Below are positions 58,063-64,000 of a stretch of DNA of 64,000 nt, one piece after another. The notes beneath the pieces are model-generated. The model saw only the letters and a program-made list of their open reading frames with translations. It had not been told where the DNA came from and ran no database searches. Positions within the stretch are counted from its first letter, which is position 1; every line of letters starts with the position of its first letter. The position numbers and the translations under genes were made by a program. The stretch lies in the IMG/VR virus record IMGVR_UViG_3300036766_000548, positions 14,012-78,011 of that record. One strand, written 5' to 3'. The DNA comes from a virus.

Positions 58063-58404
58063 GTATTGAAGAGGCTATGGTATTGCCAAAAGGTTGTATT
58101 ATAATAGATTCATGGTCTGGTGAAGAGTTGAAATATAATGGAACTGATAATAGTTATGTTATGGGATTAGACAACAGAGGAACAACGGTATGGTTACTAC
58201 CGGAAAGGATTATTTTTCATGAATAAAAAGTTTATAGATAATGTAATTTCTTCTAAGGTTAAATATATGAACAAAAAAAGAATTATGAAAGAAGATATTC
58301 CATTAAATAATAGATATTTTGATTTGTGTTTTAGTGAAAAAAGAGAACCTTTAATAAAACATCCTTGTGTACATTGGATCGGTTATCATCCATAAGGAAT
58401 TTTT

Positions 58405-58650
58405 ATGAGCAGAAGTGAAAAGAAAAATCCAATTATTTGTTATGGTAAAAATCCTGGTTCAAAAAGACAATCTAATAAAAAAGTAAGAAAAAGTGATATT
58501 GGCAATGGCAATAATTATAGAAAGGTTTTTTGTAGTTATGATATTTGTGACGCATCGAGCAATTTATACAGGCATCATAATGGAATATGGAAATATACAA
58601 ATGGGATTAAAATGACAATTGAAGAAATAAACAAGTTCTGGAGAAAGTAA
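58405..58650 (+). CDS. Hypothetical basic protein
   Basis: MSRSEKKNPI...KR..NKKVR...YDICD. Confidence 0.55.
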   Translation: MSRSEKKNPIICYGKNPGSKRQSNKKVRKSDIGNGNNYRKVFCSYDICDASSNLYRHHNGIWKYTNGIKMTIEEINKFWRK

Positions 58651-59000
58651 TGCGATGTATTATTGCAGGAGGAAGGGGTTTCATTCCTGCAAAATCTGAT
58701 TATAATATGGTTAAACATTTATTGAGACAATATAAAATTGATGAGATAGTTTGCGGAAATTGTTCTGGCGCAGATGAATTTGGAAAAGAAATGTCATATT
58801 TATTAGATCTTGAATTGAAAGTATTCCCCACTAATTGGAATGAATATTTTAAAATAGCTGGCCCCATCAGAAACAAGGAAATGGCGAGATATACCGATTA
58901 TGCTATTTTAATGAGAGCTAATAAAGGCACAGATTCAATGAGGAACGAGATGAATAGACTTAATAAAAAAATAATATACGACGCTAAAGACATATTTTAA
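58650..59000 (+). CDS. SLOG-family (DUF2493/YspA-like) protein
   Basis: IIAGGR, VCG..SGAD, AGPIRNKEMA, KGT..M. Confidence 0.8.
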   Translation: MRCIIAGGRGFIPAKSDYNMVKHLLRQYKIDEIVCGNCSGADEFGKEMSYLLDLELKVFPTNWNEYFKIAGPIRNKEMARYTDYAILMRANKGTDSMRNEMNRLNKKIIYDAKDIF

Positions 59001-59009
59001 GGGGTTTAT

Positions 59010-59342
59010 ATGTTGATACGGCACATGGGCATATTTGTAAAGGATATTGAAAAAGTAAGTTATATAATGAGACAATTAGGATTTGAGGAAATATATAACA
59101 AGATTGAAGAAATTGGCCATGTAGTAAAATTTCAAGTAGGAAACGCAAAAATAGAATTGATACAAGATAAGGAAGCAATTGAAAATAGTTTTCATATTTG
59201 TGTAGATGGCGGGATTCCAGATTTTATGCTTGTTTATGCTAAAATAAAATACGAACCATTTGATGGTAATTTATTGGTTGATTTTGTATATATAAATGAT
59301 TCAATTTATTTTGAATTTGTGAGGGATAAGAATGACATATAA
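59010..59342 (+). CDS. VOC/glyoxalase-fold protein
   Basis: HMGIFVKDIEK, KIELIQ, HIC, FEFV. Confidence 0.7.
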   Translation: MLIRHMGIFVKDIEKVSYIMRQLGFEEIYNKIEEIGHVVKFQVGNAKIELIQDKEAIENSFHICVDGGIPDFMLVYAKIKYEPFDGNLLVDFVYINDSIYFEFVRDKNDI

Positions 59343-59949
59343 GGAATATTCATATAAAGAAAGAGATATGTGGTTTATTAGAATATTGATGGAATATATT
59401 TTGCATATATGTGGTATAAAAATATACCATAATGGGTTATCAATAGGTTCAGAAGATAATGCACACGAAGATGCTATAGCTTATTTCGGGTTCAACACTC
59501 CATACACATTAAACGACATTAAAAAATATAACGCCGAGAAAGACGAGATTCCATGTTCTGATAGTGTGTTTGATTATGTATTCATTAAAAGTGTAATTGA
59601 GCATATATCCAATACAGATTTGTTCTTGTCTGAGATACATAGAGTGTTGAAGCCAGGCGGGAAATTGATCGTATTGACTCCTGATTATCAAAAACAGAAA
59701 AGTTTCTTTTATGATGATTATACCCATATAAAGCCATTTACATTGAGCAGCCTGAAAATGGCCATGCAATTAAATGGTTTTGTCTTGGAAATCGCTAAAC
59801 ATTTTTATTACTATAGAAAGATATGGGAAGGAAAGATGATTCCAAATAGCTTGAATTGTAGGGTTGGTTTTTGGCTTACAAAGAAAACTGGTATTAAATA
59901 TTTTAGATGGGGAAGTGATAGACAGCTATTTGTAGTGGGGATAAAATGA
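59332..59949 (+). CDS. Class I SAM-dependent methyltransferase
   Basis: FDYVFIKSVIEHI...EIHRVLKPGG. Confidence 0.8.
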   Translation: MTYKEYSYKERDMWFIRILMEYILHICGIKIYHNGLSIGSEDNAHEDAIAYFGFNTPYTLNDIKKYNAEKDEIPCSDSVFDYVFIKSVIEHISNTDLFLSEIHRVLKPGGKLIVLTPDYQKQKSFFYDDYTHIKPFTLSSLKMAMQLNGFVLEIAKHFYYYRKIWEGKMIPNSLNCRVGFWLTKKTGIKYFRWGSDRQLFVVGIK

Positions 59950-60788
59950 ATAAAATAGTTGTAATTTCTAATTCGCGTTTTGAAAAAGGGTTGGTGGCAT
60001 TCATCAATTCATATAGAAGAGTGAATATGCAGACTCCATTGGTGATAATTGATACTGGATTGGAAAATACTTATCCATATGAGACAATAAAAAAAACATT
60101 CAATGGTGATGGTTTGAAAAAAGCTGAATGGATGACTGATTATTCCCCTTATCTACAATTGGAATTGGGAATGATAGAAGCCGATAAGATAATTTATATG
60201 GAAGTTGATATGCTTTTATTGAAAAACATAGATCATTTGTTTGATGGGGTTACAGATGAAAATGCCATAGCGGTAATGGATGATGCGGCATATGCAACAA
60301 TGGAAGGGGATAATTATATAGATAATTGTGGAAGGTATTTTGCCATGGATTCGGAATTAAGAAATAAATATTCAAGAAGTAAGGGATATAATGGCGGCTT
60401 AATCGGAGGGACTAAAGAATTTTATGCCAATCTGCAAAATAAATATGTGTACTATTTACGCAATTATGAACATCAATATAGATTGCTTGCCCAGAGTCTA
60501 TTAAATCAATATTTCATTGAAGAAAGGATATTTGTAAAAGATATTGGCCTGGAATATAATTTTTCAGGAATAAACGAATATTATAGTAAGCCAGAACTAT
60601 ATGCAATTTGTTATAATTGTATAAATAATAAATTAAATTCTATAGGTTTGTTTTTCAATAAAAAACAAATATCAATTGTTCATTTCACTGGTAAACATAA
60701 GCCATTTATTGTTGAAAGAGAAAGCGATACGTTGAATGCCATGCAGGATGTTTGGGAATTTTATTATAATAACGGAGAATTATTTTAA
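59946..60788 (+). CDS. Glycosyltransferase, family 8-like
   Basis: KIIYMEVDML, YNGG, QSLLN, YNF, IVHFTGKHKP. Confidence 0.8.
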   Translation: MNKIVVISNSRFEKGLVAFINSYRRVNMQTPLVIIDTGLENTYPYETIKKTFNGDGLKKAEWMTDYSPYLQLELGMIEADKIIYMEVDMLLLKNIDHLFDGVTDENAIAVMDDAAYATMEGDNYIDNCGRYFAMDSELRNKYSRSKGYNGGLIGGTKEFYANLQNKYVYYLRNYEHQYRLLAQSLLNQYFIEERIFVKDIGLEYNFSGINEYYSKPELYAICYNCINNKLNSIGLFFNKKQISIVHFTGKHKPFIVERESDTLNAMQDVWEFYYNNGELF

Positions 60789-61546
60789 TGTTCAATGAAA
60801 TAAATGTAGAGTTAACTAGCAGGTGTAATAAGCATTGTAAAATTTGCCCTCGTTGGCAAAATAATATAGAAAAAGGCGATATATCCTTGTTTCTTTTGTC
60901 CATCATTGAAAAGCAATTAGAGGATAATATCATCATTCATTTTCATAATAATGGCGAGCCATTGGTTTACCCATATCTCAAGGAAGCTTTCGATATTTTC
61001 CCTAGGCAAATAAAGCATTTTGACACCAATGGGATATTACTTTTGGAAAGGGCTGAAGAGATTCAAAAAGCAAATATCATTTCTGTTTCAATTATTCAGG
61101 ACGATCCGTTGGGATATGAACAATTAGATATATTGCAAAAATATCTATCTATAAAACCTAGCAATCAAAAAGTAATAGCTCGATGTGTAGGCGACATTAA
61201 CGGAAAAAGACAATTGATTATAAAAGGTATGAATATTCCCATAGTTAAAAGAGTAATACATAATAAGGCAGGAAGAGTAAACTATACGAAAGAGACGATA
61301 AAGCCAGAAGATTTTATTTGTAGGGATTTCTTGAATCATCCAGCCATAGATTATTTAGGTAATTTTTATATGTGCGTAAAATATGATCCTAAAGGAGAGG
61401 GCATATTGGGCAATGTGAATACAGATACAATCAAGGATTTGTGGTATGGGAAGAAGCGCATGGAATATCTTGAAAAGCATGTCCAGGACAGGAATGATGT
61501 AGAGTTTTGTAAGAATTGTGAATATTATGGCTATCCAAATCATTAA
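60788..61546 (+). CDS. Radical SAM protein with SPASM/twitch domain
   Basis: CNKHCKIC, GEPL; C-terminal C...G..YMC...LGNV...CKNC. Confidence 0.85.
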   Translation: MFNEINVELTSRCNKHCKICPRWQNNIEKGDISLFLLSIIEKQLEDNIIIHFHNNGEPLVYPYLKEAFDIFPRQIKHFDTNGILLLERAEEIQKANIISVSIIQDDPLGYEQLDILQKYLSIKPSNQKVIARCVGDINGKRQLIIKGMNIPIVKRVIHNKAGRVNYTKETIKPEDFICRDFLNHPAIDYLGNFYMCVKYDPKGEGILGNVNTDTIKDLWYGKKRMEYLEKHVQDRNDVEFCKNCEYYGYPNH

Positions 61547-61556
61547 AGGAGAAAAC

Positions 61557-62381
61557 ATGAATAATTGTATCTATGTCGCTGAGGCAGGAATCAATCATTC
61601 GGGTTCTTTGGATACTGCTTTGCAGCTTATTGATTTGGCAAAAAAGCATGGATTTGATTATGTCAAGTTCCAAAAAAGGAATGTTGACCTTTGCTATACT
61701 CAAGAATATTTAGATGGGTTACGCGATTCTCCTTGGGGTAAGACGCAACGTGATCAAAAATTAGGGTTGGAATTATCTATCGATGATTATAGAAGGATAG
61801 ATAACTATTGTGATGATATTGGCATTAAATGGTTTTATTCCGCATGGGATATTTATAGTGCAAAAGAAATGCGAGAATTTGATGTCGATTTCATAAAGAT
61901 AGCGAAGGCCAGCATAAACAATAAGGAGTTAATTGAATATTATAATAGTTTCAATTCCAATCTTGTAGTATCGATGAACTATAATGATCCATCAAACGAA
62001 AATCATATTCTTTATGATTTCAATAAGAATGTGATTAGATACATTTTAAGCTGTGTATCTCTTTATCCTTCCCCTACCAATTTTAATGGACTTGAACATA
62101 TCCAAACGATTAAAAGTCGTTATCACAAGCCAGCAGGGTATTCCAATCACTCTAGCAATTGGATTCATCCTGTAATTGCTTCATATCTAGGCGCTGAGAT
62201 GATAGAATGCCATATCACTTTGGACAAGAATATGTACGGTTCGGATCAAAAGGCATCGCTTGATGATGACGATTTGACCAATATGATGAAGTATAGATAT
62301 GATTTTCCAAGTGAAGAAGATATAGACAAATATATGCTACAGGAAAATGAGGTATTGAAGAAACTCAGGCAGACTTGGTAA
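61557..62381 (+). CDS. NeuB-family nonulosonic acid synthase
   Basis: VAEAGINHSGS, VKFQKR, GYSNHS, IECHITLD, GSDQKASL; AAGGAG RBS before 61557. Confidence 0.9.
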   Translation: MNNCIYVAEAGINHSGSLDTALQLIDLAKKHGFDYVKFQKRNVDLCYTQEYLDGLRDSPWGKTQRDQKLGLELSIDDYRRIDNYCDDIGIKWFYSAWDIYSAKEMREFDVDFIKIAKASINNKELIEYYNSFNSNLVVSMNYNDPSNENHILYDFNKNVIRYILSCVSLYPSPTNFNGLEHIQTIKSRYHKPAGYSNHSSNWIHPVIASYLGAEMIECHITLDKNMYGSDQKASLDDDDLTNMMKYRYDFPSEEDIDKYMLQENEVLKKLRQTW

Positions 62382-62382
62382 A

Positions 62383-63606
62383 ATGAAAGTATTGTTAATT
62401 TATTCAAATGCCATGGAGCAGGCATGGGTTCCAATCGGTCTTCTTTATCTCGCAGCCAATTTACGAAAAAACAATATTGATGTAAAAATAATTGATTCAA
62501 AATATGACAATGTATTTGATGAAATAATACATTACAACCCTGATTATATTGGCCTAGGTGGAATGACGTTAATGGCTAATAATGCTATTAAATTAGGCAA
62601 AGAGATAAAGCAAAACTTTCCTAATATAATTTTAGTATATGGTGGTGTCCATTTTACGTTTTTACCGGAAGAGGCTTATGAAGTAGCCGATATAATAATC
62701 AAGGGAGAAGCCGAAAAAGTATTTGTAGATATAGTAAAAAATAAACCATATTGTGATATTAGGGGTATTTTATACAAATGTGATAAAGAATGGATAGATA
62801 ATGGTGATTATGAGTTTATCAATGATTTAGATTCATTGCCATTGCCTGCTTATGATTTAATTGATATGAATAGATATTCAGATGAATTGGTAACCGGCGA
62901 AAAAGCGATAAGTATATTGACTGGTAGAGGATGTCCACACAATTGTAGTTTTTGTGCCTCACCTAAATTATGGCGAAGGAAAGTAAGATATCATTCTGTA
63001 GAATACACAATCAATCACATAAAGTATTTAATTGATAATTATAATTTACACAATTTAAGGATTATGGATGATACGTTTACTTGCGACAATGCAAGAGTAT
63101 TGGATTTTTGCAAAGCCATAAAAGACAACGATATAAAACTTAACATGACTTGCTTGACAAATGTAAACAATGCAAGCCTCGATGTATTCAAGAAAATGAA
63201 AGATGCAGGATTCAGCATTGTGGCTTTCGGCCTTGAAAGTGTCGATGAAAATGTTTTAAGGTTGGCAAACAAAAACAATACTAGGGAAAAAATGACAAGA
63301 GCGGTCAATTTGGCTCATGAGGCAGGATTGAAAACAGAACTGTTGTTCATGGTCGGAAACATGGGGGATACTAAAAAATCATTAAATGACAGTTTACAAT
63401 TTTCTAAAGAGTTAAGCGGTTATAAAACATATTTTCAACTAGCCACACCATTTCCAGGTTCTAGGTTTTATGATGAGGCAGAAAAATATGGCAAGATTAT
63501 TGACAGGAATTGGAAAGATTACAACCATAAAAAGGTCACATATATTCCAGGTGGGCTAGACGAGGAAACAATGTATGATACAGTAAAAAAAGGATGTATA
63601 AATTGA
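62383..63606 (+). CDS. Cobalamin-dependent radical SAM protein
   Basis: PIGLLYLAA, GGVHFT, GEAE, TGRGCPHNCSFC, FGLES, TPFPGS. Confidence 0.9.
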   Translation: MKVLLIYSNAMEQAWVPIGLLYLAANLRKNNIDVKIIDSKYDNVFDEIIHYNPDYIGLGGMTLMANNAIKLGKEIKQNFPNIILVYGGVHFTFLPEEAYEVADIIIKGEAEKVFVDIVKNKPYCDIRGILYKCDKEWIDNGDYEFINDLDSLPLPAYDLIDMNRYSDELVTGEKAISILTGRGCPHNCSFCASPKLWRRKVRYHSVEYTINHIKYLIDNYNLHNLRIMDDTFTCDNARVLDFCKAIKDNDIKLNMTCLTNVNNASLDVFKKMKDAGFSIVAFGLESVDENVLRLANKNNTREKMTRAVNLAHEAGLKTELLFMVGNMGDTKKSLNDSLQFSKELSGYKTYFQLATPFPGSRFYDEAEKYGKIIDRNWKDYNHKKVTYIPGGLDEETMYDTVKKGCIN

Positions 63607-64000
63607 AATCATCCACACTGAAAATATTTAACGATTTTTATATTCGCTATCCACAATTATGCGGATGTACTTTCCAGAAAAGCCTTACAGATACGATGAA
63701 GATATTGTTTGAATGTTTCAGCAACGGGACAAGAAAAATGTTGGTTTGTGGCAATGGAGGCAGTGCCGGTGACGCTCAACATATAGTCGGCGAATTGATG
63801 AAGCCATTTTTGCATAAAAGAAATCTGTCAGAAACATTGAAGCAGAACATATCAAAACACATAAAAAATAAAAGCGATTCTGATTTCTTGATAAACAATA
63901 TAAAGCAGTCTTTTCCTGTAATGTCATTAGTCGGTGAAAACGCCTTGATAACGGCAATATCAAATGATTCTTCCCACGATCTTATTTTTGCCCAACAGAT
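63603..64000 (+). CDS. gmhA: SIS-domain phosphoheptose isomerase (GmhA-like), runs off the window
   Basis: Frame from TTG 63603: ...MLVCGNGGSAGDAQHIVGELM...ITAISND...IFAQQ; absent from the ORF track. Confidence 0.85.
   Translation, partial: MKSSTLKIFNDFYIRYPQLCGCTFQKSLTDTMKILFECFSNGTRKMLVCGNGGSAGDAQHIVGELMKPFLHKRNLSETLKQNISKHIKNKSDSDFLINNIKQSFPVMSLVGENALITAISNDSSHDLIFAQQ

Noticed and set aside
1-64000. Alternative genetic code; lysogeny module
   Set aside because: Long conserved genes read intact with the standard stops; no integrase or CI-like repressor was recognised in this window.

Overview
AT-rich tailed-phage (siphovirus-like) genome segment with three transcriptional blocks. (1) 1-15062 (+): capsid, head-tail, tail and lysis genes, including a -1 frameshift tail chaperone. 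(2) 15188-51383 (-): a bacterial-type replisome (DnaE, DnaX, two clamp-like proteins, DnaB, primase, SSB, RecA, SNF2), four DNA methyltransferase loci, three clustered radical SAM genes, a sigma-like factor, tRNA-Leu(TAA), homing endonucleases and many small ORFs. (3) 51569-64000 (+): a split SbcCD nuclease and a sugar biosynthesis/modification cluster (GT8, NeuB, two radical SAMs, GmhA). No integrase, terminase, portal, CRISPR array or reverse transcriptase was seen. The top finding is an RlmN/Cfr-like radical SAM gene lacking both catalytic cysteines, whose missing AACGQL segment is encoded as a separate, unannotated 40-aa ORF with its own RBS. A candidate Gly/Cys-tailed precursor plus radical SAM pair lies between the two. 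All calls come from reading motifs by eye; no database searches were run.
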